IMG/VR virus record: IMGVR_UViG_3300025704_000001
DNA: 61,451 nucleotides
Source: a virus
Reading direction: 5' to 3' (one strand)
The position numbers were made by a program, and so were the translations under genes. Below the pieces are notes generated by a model that saw nothing but the letters and a program-made list of their open reading frames with translations, did not search any database and was not told where the DNA came from. This document shows positions 19,901 through 29,245 of this stretch, piece by piece; position 1 is the first letter of the stretch, and each line of letters starts with the position of its first letter.

Positions 19901-22900
19901 AAAAGCTGAGGAATTACTTACTATATTTTCAGAAGGATTAACCCAAGGATTTATATCGTTTGAAGAAAACGCTTTTACCAAAATAGGTGATTTTATTCGC
20001 CAAGGGTTACAAAGAGCTGGTATGAATGTTACTTTTAATTCAGGTAGAGACGTATTTAATTTTATAAAAGATTTTAATAAAAGTGTAATTGAAGGAAAAG
20101 GATTAGGTAAAGGATTAACTAAAGCAGCTAAAGAAGGAGCAAAAGTTGGTAAAAAACTTGGAAGCACTAGTGCGTTTTTATATAACGCAAATTTTGAAGC
20201 AAACATACAAAATGAATACAATAGTTCTAAACTAGAATTACCTAAAAAAGCTTTAAAAATAGCTATGGCCTACAGGTCACGAGTACAAGAACTAATAAAC
20301 AAATCTTCTAACGACGTTTTTGGTACCGCTGAAAAAGCAAACGCTGTTGAATACGCTTTAATTGGTAAAAATAACCCCAACAGTATATATAACACCGTGT
20401 TAAATTATGATAATAATTCCGGTATTACATTAGACGATACTATAGGTAAAACGGTTTCAGGTATTGGGGAAACTGCTGTTACTGAAAAATACTCCAAAGA
20501 AGGACCTAAATCTGTTTTGAACGAAATTAACAATTTAGTTCCACCTAGTGTTAAAACTCAAGCAGACTATTTTTCACCTAAAGTTTTTAATCCTATATAC
20601 AATGCTACCTTACCAAACGGTGTTATTAGCAATTACATAAAGTCAAAATCACCTAGTAAAGAAGTTGGAGAAAAAGCTATAGCGGGAATACAAGATCGAT
20701 TAGTTAACTATGATCCAGCAGCAGAAAGAAAGAAAGCTGGAAACAAAGAGCCCATTACTTTTGGCGAGTTTATATTCGCTAACACAAATTTCATTAAGTT
20801 AGATGCTAAAAAAGCTTTATTTAAAGAAAGTGAAGCCGCTAAGAAAACTACAGACTTAGATACTAAAGAAGCACAGAGTAAAATTGCTGAAGATGATGCT
20901 GTTAAAAAAGATAGACCTAAATTTAGGAAACTAATTGACAGTAGCGTTTTACCCGGTTTTACTATTAAAGAAATTGGCGGTAAATTAACTAAAGTTTTAA
21001 AAGTATTAAAATCTAAGCTTGATGCTAAAGTTTCTATAAACAAATCGGTTTCACCTTTAATCGCTGAGATAAAGAAAGCAATGGGTAAGCAAGCTGATAT
21101 TGATCTTAAAAAGGCTATGGGTGGAAAAGCCGATGCACAACTACAAAAATGGTTGTTAAAGAATAAGAAGGCAATACTAGAGAACATGACAACCACTTGG
21201 TTAATGGGCGCGATTCCTAAGGCTATTCAAAAATCCGTGGGAGGTACGTATAAAGTGGATTCTAATGGAACAAGAGTTAAAGATTCTTATGGAGACTTTG
21301 TATTTGTACCAAACTTTACAAGTGATTGGCAAGGTAAGACTATAGATAGAGAGAAGACATCGACAAACAAGTTAGGAAAAACTGCTGGAGGAGATATAGT
21401 TAGAAGATTACCTAATATAGCGACTGCTTTAAGTGACGCTGACTTCGTTGGATCTGTGTTACAGGATGTAAGTATAGATGCTGATGGTAAGATGACCTCA
21501 GGAGCTCCTATACGAGGCAAGAAAGAGTCTATGGCTAAAGCTATAGCTGAAGAAATATCATTAGAGATATTCAACAAAGAGTTACAAGACGAAAACAGTG
21601 AAATAAGTAAGGCTTTTGAAAATAATCAAGTTGCCAGAGGTGTTGTTTTGGTAGATAACTTCGTTGAAGATGTAGCTAGGCAATCTGAAAGAGGTACCGT
21701 TAAGTTTTCTAAGGCGGCAATAAGATTGGGGGTAGCATCTGATATTATAGATGGCATAAATACAGAAGAATTTAAAAATAGATTTTTCACGCATGCCAAC
21801 GACCCTAAAAACAAACTACCTCTTTACACTTCTTTAATAGAACAATTCCAGAGATACTCAATAGAAGACCTTAAGGTAAGTGATTTAAGAACAATAGCAG
21901 CTGAACTAAGCAAAGATTATACATTTAAACCTTTTGGAGAAATAGGTATTGAAAGAATACAAGAAACCGAGGGTGTTTTAAAAACGCTTAAGTATATACT
22001 AGAAAACACTAAAGAAGGCCTTACTAGGGGCAATAGCTATGCTACTGCTCAACAAATATATCAAAGCGTAGACACTAAACTTGACGAAAAAACAATACAG
22101 GGATTAAACGAAGGTAGAGCAGCTGTTAAGAAAGTTGTGGAAGTGCTGGTTGATCAAGGTTTCACTGGTAATGAAATTAAGAATATATTTGTAGCCGTAT
22201 ACAGCCCTAGTGGGTTAGGAGGCTTTAAAGGCAAGCTAAATAAAGATGGAAAAACCAGAGCTACACCTGATAGTGACATTTTAGTAGAAAGTGATTTAGG
22301 GCTGCCGAATTACAAGAAGGATACTGAAACCGGAATGCCAACTACGCAAATTGAGAATAGAGGATCTTTTATGGTCAGTGTATCTGATTTTGAACAGAAT
22401 TTTCTTAGAGGCATTGAAATGGGGGATAAAGTTTCCACCAGAACGGACGCTTACACTAAAAATTTCTGGTCAAAAGATAACTCTGTATACAATAAGTTGG
22501 ATAACGAAGGTAAAAAAGAATACCTACAAGAATTACAAGAAGGTAAAAAAGAATTTCAAGCCAGCTTAATAAAATTTATAGAAGCAGTTAACAAAGCAGA
22601 TATATCACCAGCAGCGCAAAGAACTTTAATTAGATTGCCTTTTGCAGCAATGGATGGACTGGGTAAAATTACTTCAGCTCCTAGATGGATGCCTGCCAAA
22701 CTAGACGGCACGTTATTAAGCTTAAAAGACTTAGTTAAGCTTGGATTTGGTAGAAAAGACGGTAAGATTGATAAAGGTGTGTTTGAACATACAAAACCCG
22801 CTAATAGAATGGCTATAGCAGCTTACATATATTCTATGACTGGTAAAAAAGCTGACCTGGATATTCTAATAGAAGAACTTTCTGATTTTGACACAGCTTT

Positions 22901-25900
22901 TATTACGGAAGGCATGGATAAGGGTTTAGTAAGAAACAAACTGCAATCACTTATGGGCCTTAATTATGTTCGTGGAGCAGGCGTTATGACAACCAGGTAT
23001 GCGGAAATGATCCAGGAAATGAATAAAGCTGGGGTAACTTTCTATGACGCTAAAAATAATACCTTTTTAAGCCCTGCTGGAGCCCTTGGCCCGCAATTGA
23101 ATCAGGAAATGGAAAACAATCTTGCTCCTGTAAAAACAGAACAAAAGGCTATCAATAATGCTAGAAGTATTAAGTGGTCTCAATCACCTAAAAAAATAAG
23201 GGTATTTGATTTCGACGATACATTAGCTCGTACAAAAAGTAATGTGCTATACACAATGCCTGACGGAACTACTGGTAAAATTGATGCGGCTACTTTTGCT
23301 AAAGACGCGGGTAAGATGGAAGCTGAAGGTGCTCAATGGGATTTTTCTGAGTTTAGTAAAGTAATGAATGGACAAGCTGGACCTTTGCTTGAGGTTGCTA
23401 AAATTATAGCAGACAAAAGAGGAACTAAAGATGTATTTGTTTTAACAGCAAGACCTGCTGATGCTGCTGGTCCTATTCAAGAATTTCTTAGTGAGCTAGG
23501 ATTAGATATACCTTTAGAAAATATTACTGGGTTAGGCAACGGAACACCTAAAGCTAAAGCTGATTGGATTATAGATAAAGTAGCTGATGGCTACAACGAC
23601 TTTTATTTTGCTGATGATCACACAGGAAATGTTAAAGCAGTTAAAGACGCTTTAGATACTTTCGATGTTAAAGGCAAAGTTCAGTTAGCTAAAGTTAAGT
23701 TTTCACAAAGCTTAGACACTAAGTTTAATGATATGATCGAACGCCAAAAAGGTGTGGAATCGTTTAAAGAGTTTTCTAAAGCAACCGCTCAGAGAAGAGG
23801 TAAAAAAACAGGTAAGTTTAAATTCTTTATATCTCCATCAGCAGAAGATTTTAGAGGATTAACTCAATACAAATTTGCTGGTAAAGGAAAGCAAGGTGAA
23901 GCTGACCAAAAGTTTTTTGAAGAAAGTTTGATGGATCCTTATTTCCAAGGGGTTGCGGCATTAGAATCAGCAAGGCAAACAATCAAAGAAGACACGAAGG
24001 CTTTACTTAAAACCTTTAAGCCAGTTAGAAAGAAGCTAAATAAACTAATAAAAGGTGAGCAGTATACTTATGACGCTGCTGTTCGAGTTTACTTATGGAA
24101 TAAAGCTGGAGAAGAAGTGCCTGGACTTTCTAAAAGAGACAACAAGAAATTGAACGATCTTGTAGCTAATGATCCTGAATTAAGCAGCTTTGCAGATGGA
24201 TTATTAATAGTATCTAAGAAAGACGCGTGGCCAGCTCCTAGTGAATATTGGATGGCTCAGACGACCTTAAGCGACTTAAATAACCTAACTGAAAAAACAA
24301 ATAGAAAAGAATACTTAGCTGAATTCATTGAGAATGTGGATATTATATTTAGCGAAAAGAATCTAAATAAAGTAGAAGCGCTGTATGGAGAAGCTTCTAG
24401 GAAAGCTATTGAGAACTCTATATACGCAATGAAGTCCGGTAGTAATAGCCCAAACCAAAGTGGTGACGCTATAACTAGTAAATGGATGAACTGGGTTAAC
24501 AGCTCTATTGGTACAATAATGTTTTTTAACAGAAGATCTGCAGTACTGCAAACTCTTTCTGCAGCTAACTTTATAAACTGGTCTGATAACAATCCAGCTA
24601 AAGCGGCAATAGCATTTGCAAATCAGCCACAATACTGGAAAGACTTTGTAACAATATTTAACTCAGATAAATTAAAGCAACGTAGAGGTGGTTTGAAATC
24701 AGATGTTCAAGAAGCTGAAATTGCTAATGCTGCTAAGAATTCTCAGGATAAAGCTCAAGCTGTTATTTCATATATACTAAAGATAGGTTTTACACCAACG
24801 CAAATTGCGGATAGTTTTGCTATCTCGATGGGTGGGGCTACGTTGTATCGTAATAGAATCAATACCTACAAAAAGCAGGGTCTTAGTCTAAAGGAAGCGG
24901 AAACAAAAGCTTTTGAGGATTTTAGTAAATTGTCAGACGAAGCTCAGCAGTCAGGTGATCCTGCATTAGTCTCTCAACAACAGCGAAGCGTTGCGGGACG
25001 TCTTATCTTGTCGTTTCAAAACACAACGATGCAATACACTAGACTTATGAAAAAGTCTGGCCAGGACCTTATAAATGGACGTGGGGATGCAAAGACACAT
25101 ATATCTAAGATACTTTATTATGGAGCTATACAAAACTTTTTGTTTAACGCGTTGTCAAAAACAGCGTTTGCATTAATACCTGGATTCGAAGAAGAAGATG
25201 AAGAAGATGAAGATAAAAAGAATCAAGCTATAGAAAAGAAAGCTGCTGGTATATTAGACGGTATGGCTGATTCGGTTATACGAGGTACTGGAATATACGG
25301 AGCTATATTTACTACTTTAAAGAATTCGATATCTACATGGAAAAGAGAAGACGAGAAAGGTTTTACAGGAGATCAAACCAAGACAATTATTGAACTAGCA
25401 AACCTAGCACCGGCAATAGGTTCTAAACTTAGAAAAGTTTATTCAAGCATTCAGACACGGCAATTTGATAGGGATATTATAGAGAAGCATCCTTGGGATG
25501 TTACAATAAATGGTAAGTTTAATCCATCATCAACGTATACTATAATAGCTAACTTATCTTCTGCTGCTTTTAATGTACCACTTGATAGAGCTTTAGCGGA
25601 AGCTAGGAGTGTAGGGGAAATGTTGGACGACAGAAATAGCAAGTTTCAAAGAATAGCATTAGCTTTAGGTTGGAGAACATGGAACGTTGGCGCCAAGAAT
25701 GAAGAGTTTGATCTTATAAAGCTTGAAGGTAAAGCTAAGAGAAAAATAGAGGGTAAGGAAAAAGCTAAAAGAACTAGAGCTGCTAAAAAAGAAAAAGAGA
25801 AACAACGAGTAGCTAATCTATCTCCAGCAGAAGCTCTTAAAGAAAGAAGAGACAAGGCAGCAGAAAAAAAGAGAAAAGCTTTAGCTAAAAGACGAGAAAA

Positions 25901-25934
25901 ATTAAGATCAAGATTAACAAAAAATAAAAAATAA
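16905..25934 (+). CDS. Giant multidomain (polyvalent-type) virion protein, 3009 aa. It carries an HExxH metallopeptidase motif and an embedded HAD-family hydrolase domain.
   Basis: 9-kb uninterrupted ORF. HELLH is at nt 19725-19739. HAD motifs are DFDDT (about nt 23208), VLTARP, K and FADDH (about 23190-23660). There is an acidic EEEDEEDED run near 25190 and a K/R-rich C-terminus. Confidence 0.85.
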   Translation: MANPDPIYKINNKEIPASTIKLAAEQNGMTFEEYVTRRGAVLVPGKKTDSTTADPNVESENTGSTSAEDFSVSRLGDAEVQLDEFSEPVTIKAWEEETNKYIDENPDLTADELSEWINRPGGPTESQYSFQEEKEIFEANKKEPKLDNPNYSPNDFIISLYEDPGFNKNKPALSAYDNELEFLKNKQKDYPIMSTESADIQSQINQLEYNKQNELEDNRTTASRARNLITQKINEADAYWNDAQAKLQAGEITPEEFAAVERNYDNKRANIFQNSLEKDRYDEQTLLLNEVSTAKTKDTYSSFGSSDLGENKKEQIEFDQKVEDEIINKLYSDNKLKGKTLDGNLNLEGKEMLITEAKSKVLNQSYEEYLNEYDKAQEIIFAADEASSVTPEAATAAQAILYNAADKLQTTSTKLAFNIGEQVFDNNFQMTEDFIKWRDRHIDGGFVGGTADFIGTLVQGGQKLIGESIVGSAIWLNRLAFTGMGTFEEDEYSRLDMVSDMFSNYNSFNYLGVSPKGGSLSEDGISFRSGSKTIANMLPFTIGVALAARKGDMKGLKNAYSLLKGMGASASTINKIKMGGFAFRATVNDNYMEGKQMGLDDSQALAYSSMASTATAVVQGIMPDVNFFKTNIGKSMLNTVVENLKKATTKEARKAVGKQFVNSLLGEIGEEEAELLLQDIAKITVGLSNETKFTDFDTQFETIGGTILLAGGTSTVMAPTQFSNFKNKIYNQYRTQGADIIKTLQESKKVVETKLKRARTQQSKDAAQRQLDEINSAIDYGGDIIKAINVAPDVMNDEQIDLLIQKNQLLERKAKADKRYTKGIDAEIEAIDAKIEASQVKQQSSIIEERTEAGTKKIADALGITFEKGNKAKISELIAQENAAREERNKGKSKANKEDLINVNEALAQNGFIIQNADGTQTIAVNEDVAGTNKAVTTAQHELLHGVLLKTITDNPGAIVQMGNALRSEIDKMLPNDISFNNVYIQGRLEAYKDSPSSVKAEELLTIFSEGLTQGFISFEENAFTKIGDFIRQGLQRAGMNVTFNSGRDVFNFIKDFNKSVIEGKGLGKGLTKAAKEGAKVGKKLGSTSAFLYNANFEANIQNEYNSSKLELPKKALKIAMAYRSRVQELINKSSNDVFGTAEKANAVEYALIGKNNPNSIYNTVLNYDNNSGITLDDTIGKTVSGIGETAVTEKYSKEGPKSVLNEINNLVPPSVKTQADYFSPKVFNPIYNATLPNGVISNYIKSKSPSKEVGEKAIAGIQDRLVNYDPAAERKKAGNKEPITFGEFIFANTNFIKLDAKKALFKESEAAKKTTDLDTKEAQSKIAEDDAVKKDRPKFRKLIDSSVLPGFTIKEIGGKLTKVLKVLKSKLDAKVSINKSVSPLIAEIKKAMGKQADIDLKKAMGGKADAQLQKWLLKNKKAILENMTTTWLMGAIPKAIQKSVGGTYKVDSNGTRVKDSYGDFVFVPNFTSDWQGKTIDREKTSTNKLGKTAGGDIVRRLPNIATALSDADFVGSVLQDVSIDADGKMTSGAPIRGKKESMAKAIAEEISLEIFNKELQDENSEISKAFENNQVARGVVLVDNFVEDVARQSERGTVKFSKAAIRLGVASDIIDGINTEEFKNRFFTHANDPKNKLPLYTSLIEQFQRYSIEDLKVSDLRTIAAELSKDYTFKPFGEIGIERIQETEGVLKTLKYILENTKEGLTRGNSYATAQQIYQSVDTKLDEKTIQGLNEGRAAVKKVVEVLVDQGFTGNEIKNIFVAVYSPSGLGGFKGKLNKDGKTRATPDSDILVESDLGLPNYKKDTETGMPTTQIENRGSFMVSVSDFEQNFLRGIEMGDKVSTRTDAYTKNFWSKDNSVYNKLDNEGKKEYLQELQEGKKEFQASLIKFIEAVNKADISPAAQRTLIRLPFAAMDGLGKITSAPRWMPAKLDGTLLSLKDLVKLGFGRKDGKIDKGVFEHTKPANRMAIAAYIYSMTGKKADLDILIEELSDFDTAFITEGMDKGLVRNKLQSLMGLNYVRGAGVMTTRYAEMIQEMNKAGVTFYDAKNNTFLSPAGALGPQLNQEMENNLAPVKTEQKAINNARSIKWSQSPKKIRVFDFDDTLARTKSNVLYTMPDGTTGKIDAATFAKDAGKMEAEGAQWDFSEFSKVMNGQAGPLLEVAKIIADKRGTKDVFVLTARPADAAGPIQEFLSELGLDIPLENITGLGNGTPKAKADWIIDKVADGYNDFYFADDHTGNVKAVKDALDTFDVKGKVQLAKVKFSQSLDTKFNDMIERQKGVESFKEFSKATAQRRGKKTGKFKFFISPSAEDFRGLTQYKFAGKGKQGEADQKFFEESLMDPYFQGVAALESARQTIKEDTKALLKTFKPVRKKLNKLIKGEQYTYDAAVRVYLWNKAGEEVPGLSKRDNKKLNDLVANDPELSSFADGLLIVSKKDAWPAPSEYWMAQTTLSDLNNLTEKTNRKEYLAEFIENVDIIFSEKNLNKVEALYGEASRKAIENSIYAMKSGSNSPNQSGDAITSKWMNWVNSSIGTIMFFNRRSAVLQTLSAANFINWSDNNPAKAAIAFANQPQYWKDFVTIFNSDKLKQRRGGLKSDVQEAEIANAAKNSQDKAQAVISYILKIGFTPTQIADSFAISMGGATLYRNRINTYKKQGLSLKEAETKAFEDFSKLSDEAQQSGDPALVSQQQRSVAGRLILSFQNTTMQYTRLMKKSGQDLINGRGDAKTHISKILYYGAIQNFLFNALSKTAFALIPGFEEEDEEDEDKKNQAIEKKAAGILDGMADSVIRGTGIYGAIFTTLKNSISTWKREDEKGFTGDQTKTIIELANLAPAIGSKLRKVYSSIQTRQFDRDIIEKHPWDVTINGKFNPSSTYTIIANLSSAAFNVPLDRALAEARSVGEMLDDRNSKFQRIALALGWRTWNVGAKNEEFDLIKLEGKAKRKIEGKEKAKRTRAAKKEKEKQRVANLSPAEALKERRDKAAEKKRKALAKRREKLRSRLTKNKK

Positions 25935-26107
25935 TGTCAACACCAATCACAACAAAAATTAGACAAGCTAGAGTAGGCTTAACAGCTAAGGAAGGTATGA
26001 AAATATCAGTAAGTCCAGATGGAACAGGAGCTGCGGTTCCTGATTATAATCCAGATCCAGCAACCCCAGGCTGTGGTTGCGGAGGCAACTGCAAATGCAA
26101 TAAATAA
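25934..26107 (+). CDS. Small protein (57 aa) with a Cys-rich C-terminus, PGCGCGGNCKCNK.
   Basis: The ATG overlaps the giant-gene stop (TAATG). Below the track cutoff; read by hand. Confidence 0.45.
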   Translation: MSTPITTKIRQARVGLTAKEGMKISVSPDGTGAAVPDYNPDPATPGCGCGGNCKCNK

Positions 26108-26281
26108 ATGATCATGGCTGATAACTTAAGAATATATATGATAAACGGATCTGTAATGGGGTTAGCTACTTTTAGTCAAATAGAAGATTGGTTAAAATTA
26201 ATATTACTTTTAGTGACTATAGGTTATACAATATCTAAGTGGACTAAAATAAAGGAAGAAAGCGATGACAAAACTAACTAA
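26108..26281 (+). CDS. Holin-like small membrane protein (57 aa).
   Basis: Read by hand. It has hydrophobic segments VMGLATF and LKLILLLVTIGYTI and a charged C-terminus. It overlaps the endolysin start by 17 nt. Confidence 0.45.
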   Translation: MIMADNLRIYMINGSVMGLATFSQIEDWLKLILLLVTIGYTISKWTKIKEESDDKTN

Positions 26282-26654
26282 TAACTTTTATTTATGGGAA
26301 TTTGAATGCAAGTGTGGTTGTACTATGCCTGAATTTGTTAAAAATAATATAATTGAACTAGCTGAAAACCTACAGGTGTTGAGAGATGAGGTTGGTAAAC
26401 TAGATCTTACTAACGCATATAGATGTAAAGCTCATAACGATGATGTAGGCGGGGCTACTAATTCTCAACATATAACAGGTAAAGCTGCTGACGTAAAGTC
26501 TGAAACAAAAAGTCCTAGCGAAATTGCAGAAACAGTTAACGACTTAATGAAAAGTGAAAGATTTAAAATGGGTGGCGTAGGCGAATACAATACATTTACA
26601 CATATAGATATTCGAGGGTTTAAAGCGAGATGGAGTAAAACGACTAAAAAGTAA
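26265..26654 (+). CDS. Endolysin, peptidase M15 (VanY / D-Ala-D-Ala carboxypeptidase-like).
   Basis: Zn-ligand motifs SQHITGKAADV and THIDIR in a 129-aa protein. Confidence 0.8.
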   Translation: MTKLTNNFYLWEFECKCGCTMPEFVKNNIIELAENLQVLRDEVGKLDLTNAYRCKAHNDDVGGATNSQHITGKAADVKSETKSPSEIAETVNDLMKSERFKMGGVGEYNTFTHIDIRGFKARWSKTTKK

Positions 26655-26657
26655 AAT

Positions 26658-27230
26658 ATGAGAACAAAAGGAATAGGTCCACAAGGATTAGGAATTAAAG
26701 GCAACAATGGATATCATATAGGATCTCCCGCGAAACAAGCAAAAAAATACAGCGAGCTAGCTAATCGAATGGAAAATTTTAATCAACGTAAAGATACTCT
26801 TGTTACAAGTAGGGGTACTAATCGGAATGTACTTAGAGCCGAGAACAGCTTTAAAGCCTCGGTTGGTCATAAAAAAGGGTTGATGGATATGAGAATAAAA
26901 GATTCAAAGACTCTCCTAAATAATGATGGGACGTTGCAATACATTACGCAACATGAAAAGACACCTACAAAATCTCCTGCTAAGCAAACAACTCGCTCTG
27001 AGAGATTATACGCAAGGTCTGAAAAGAATGCAGCTAAGGGTAGAAAAGCTGTAGATGAAGGAAGAGATAGAAGAGCGACTCGCTTACTTAAAAGAGCAGC
27101 TAAGCAAGAAGACAGAGCTATTAGACTAGAAGAGAGAGCTATGCAAGAAAACAAGGCAATACTATTAGAGATAGCTAAAAAAGATAAAGAGAAGAAAGTA
27201 GGAAAGAAGGGAGTAAAAAAACAAATATAA
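26658..27230 (+). CDS. Lys/Arg-rich protein (190 aa) of the SP[AT]K[QK] family.
   Basis: KGIGPQGLG...IGSPAKQ and TKSPAKQ. The N-terminus is paralogous to the 54919..55248 product. Confidence 0.65.
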   Translation: MRTKGIGPQGLGIKGNNGYHIGSPAKQAKKYSELANRMENFNQRKDTLVTSRGTNRNVLRAENSFKASVGHKKGLMDMRIKDSKTLLNNDGTLQYITQHEKTPTKSPAKQTTRSERLYARSEKNAAKGRKAVDEGRDRRATRLLKRAAKQEDRAIRLEERAMQENKAILLEIAKKDKEKKVGKKGVKKQI

Positions 27231-27237
27231 TAAATAA

Positions 27238-27270
27238 TAAAAGGCTCTCAATTACGAGAGCCTTTTTTAT
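27238..27270. terminator. Bidirectional terminator between the convergent arms.
   Basis: aaaggctctc-aattac-gagagccttt hairpin with T-runs on both strands, lying between the stops at 27230 (+) and 27291 (-). Confidence 0.8.
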
Positions 27271-27290
27271 TTGTAAACTTACTGGTTTAC

Positions 27291-29012
27291 TTAGCCATCA
27301 CAAGCTAAACAGTCTTCGCTCATTGCGTTAGCAGCAATGTCTCCACGTAGAACGCTTTCAGTTCTTGTGTAATACAAAGTTTTAACCCCTTTTTTCCATG
27401 CCTCAAAGTGAACTTTGTTCAACCATTTAGGAGTGGCTTCTGAAGGAAACGCAAGATTCAAACTAACTGATTGATCTATATACTGTTGTCTTAATCCTGC
27501 TTGATTAACTAATTCTAACTGATTAATCTCTTTGAAAGTTCGAAAAACTTCTTTAACAGGTATATCGTGATCACCAACAAGAACATCATCAAGCTCCTTG
27601 ATATCCTGCACAGATCCACCATCAGATAATATTTTATTCCATATATCGCTAGTATTCAAACCGTTATCTTCCAACACTTGCTCAAGCGTAGGGTTTTTCC
27701 TTATGAATGTTCCATTGGCTCCTTGTTCTGTGAATACATTCGCAGCCCACGGCTCAATGCCTGGACTAACGTTACCGGAAAGCTTACTATTAGAGACAGT
27801 AGGAGCGACAGCCCGAAGATGAGTATTACGCATACCAGTACCAGCACACCAAAGAGGTTCACCATACACCTCAGCAAGCGCTCTAGAGGCTCTTTCACTT
27901 TCAATTTTGATTTGCGAAAAAACTTTCCTAGTTTCAAACTGAGAAAGTAAACCTTCGAAAGGAATACCTTTCTCCTGTAAGTAGGTATGCCATCCGAGGA
28001 CACCCAGCCCCAATGCTCTCCCTTTCTGTGCAGATCGAATAGTGTTTTCGAATCCTCTAAGACCTTTGGCGCGTTGAATAAATTCCTCCATAACTCCATC
28101 AAGAAACCAAATGGCGTCGTGTATAAGATTAGTGTCTTTCCATTCTTCATATTTTGCTAAATTTAATGATGATAAACAGCATACAAAGCTATGTGTTTCA
28201 TCAGTGTGTAGTGCTATCTCAGAACAAATGTTCGTCATATGCACTTTTAATCCATTTTGTTTATATGCTTCTGGATTTGCTTTGTTAACATTTCCTTTAA
28301 ACATGATATACGGCTCTCCAGTTGCTTTTCGTTTTCTAAGAAGTTTACTCCATCTATTTCTAGCTTCCTTATCCCCTTGTTCAAGTCTACGCATAAACTT
28401 ATCACCAACAATTGCGCACTGATGTAGATTAAGCGACTGTCTGTTAACATCTCCTTTAGGTTCTCTGATTTCAAGCCACTCGTCAAAGTCGTCATGTTCA
28501 ATGTTGATATTAACAGAAGCAGCTCCTCTTCTAACTGATCCTTGGTTTGTGGCAAGTATTGTTGAATCGTATATTTTGCAAAAGGGTACGACTCCATCTG
28601 ATGTTCCATTACCTGTTATTTTAGCTCCGGCTGGCCTAATTTGATTAATACCGATACCAACGCCACCACCGTGCTTAGCGAGCATCATCATTTCTAAATT
28701 TTTACTCCCAATATCTTGTATGCTATCCGCTACGTCAATACCGAAACAGCTAATAGGCAACCCACGGTCAGTACCAGTATTACTAAGTACAGGAGATGCC
28801 AAGCATAACCAACCATTCCAAATATATTCGAAAAAGGTTTCAGCAAGTTCCGGTTTATAAAGCCTACGAGCAACAGTTTTAGCGACTCTTTGGTATGCTT
28901 CTTTAGGACTCTCTCCGTCAAATAGATATCCCCCGGATATTGTCTTCTTGTATACGTCTGTATCACCCCACGCAGGGTAATCTTCTCCTTTAATCCAATT
29001 TTCATTCCACAT
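27291..29012 (-). CDS. nrdA: Ribonucleotide reductase large subunit (compact class I alpha, 573 aa).
   Basis: Motifs NQGSVRRGAA, NICSEIAL and GLGVLGW, plus a C-terminal CLAC pair. Lies adjacent to the beta subunit. Confidence 0.85.
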   Translation of the reverse strand: MWNENWIKGEDYPAWGDTDVYKKTISGGYLFDGESPKEAYQRVAKTVARRLYKPELAETFFEYIWNGWLCLASPVLSNTGTDRGLPISCFGIDVADSIQDIGSKNLEMMMLAKHGGGVGIGINQIRPAGAKITGNGTSDGVVPFCKIYDSTILATNQGSVRRGAASVNINIEHDDFDEWLEIREPKGDVNRQSLNLHQCAIVGDKFMRRLEQGDKEARNRWSKLLRKRKATGEPYIMFKGNVNKANPEAYKQNGLKVHMTNICSEIALHTDETHSFVCCLSSLNLAKYEEWKDTNLIHDAIWFLDGVMEEFIQRAKGLRGFENTIRSAQKGRALGLGVLGWHTYLQEKGIPFEGLLSQFETRKVFSQIKIESERASRALAEVYGEPLWCAGTGMRNTHLRAVAPTVSNSKLSGNVSPGIEPWAANVFTEQGANGTFIRKNPTLEQVLEDNGLNTSDIWNKILSDGGSVQDIKELDDVLVGDHDIPVKEVFRTFKEINQLELVNQAGLRQQYIDQSVSLNLAFPSEATPKWLNKVHFEAWKKGVKTLYYTRTESVLRGDIAANAMSEDCLACDG

Positions 29013-29227
29013 TATTTTAAATCCATTTTAGGTTCTACTGGTTCAGCTTCAGCTATTTTTGAAGTAAGTTCGTGTATAGCATCTGCATATCCCGGCATTA
29101 ATTGAACTGTTTGCAATAGCCCTTGAGTTAAGGTATTTAAACCTACTAAATCTCTTATGGTATTATGCATAGCTTCTGCCAGCTTTCCCATATCATGCTT
29201 CATGTTAATCAGTGTTTGTTCTTTCAT
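29012..29227 (-). CDS. Hypothetical protein (71 aa) between the RNR subunits.
   Basis: ORF whose stop overlaps the nrdA start. Confidence 0.5.
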   Translation of the reverse strand: MKEQTLINMKHDMGKLAEAMHNTIRDLVGLNTLTQGLLQTVQLMPGYADAIHELTSKIAEAEPVEPKMDLK

Positions 29228-29245
29228 TTTGTTTTAGTTTTTAGT

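Noticed and set aside
20708-21196. Long antisense ORFs inside well-supported genes, for example 20708..21196, 19877..20221, 27701..28150, 28247..28609, 52823..53311, 59396..59989 and 59200..59832.
   Set aside because: They are embedded in genes with clear motifs (the giant protein, nrdA, GroEL, terL). They have skewed hydrophobic or low-complexity composition typical of shadow frames.
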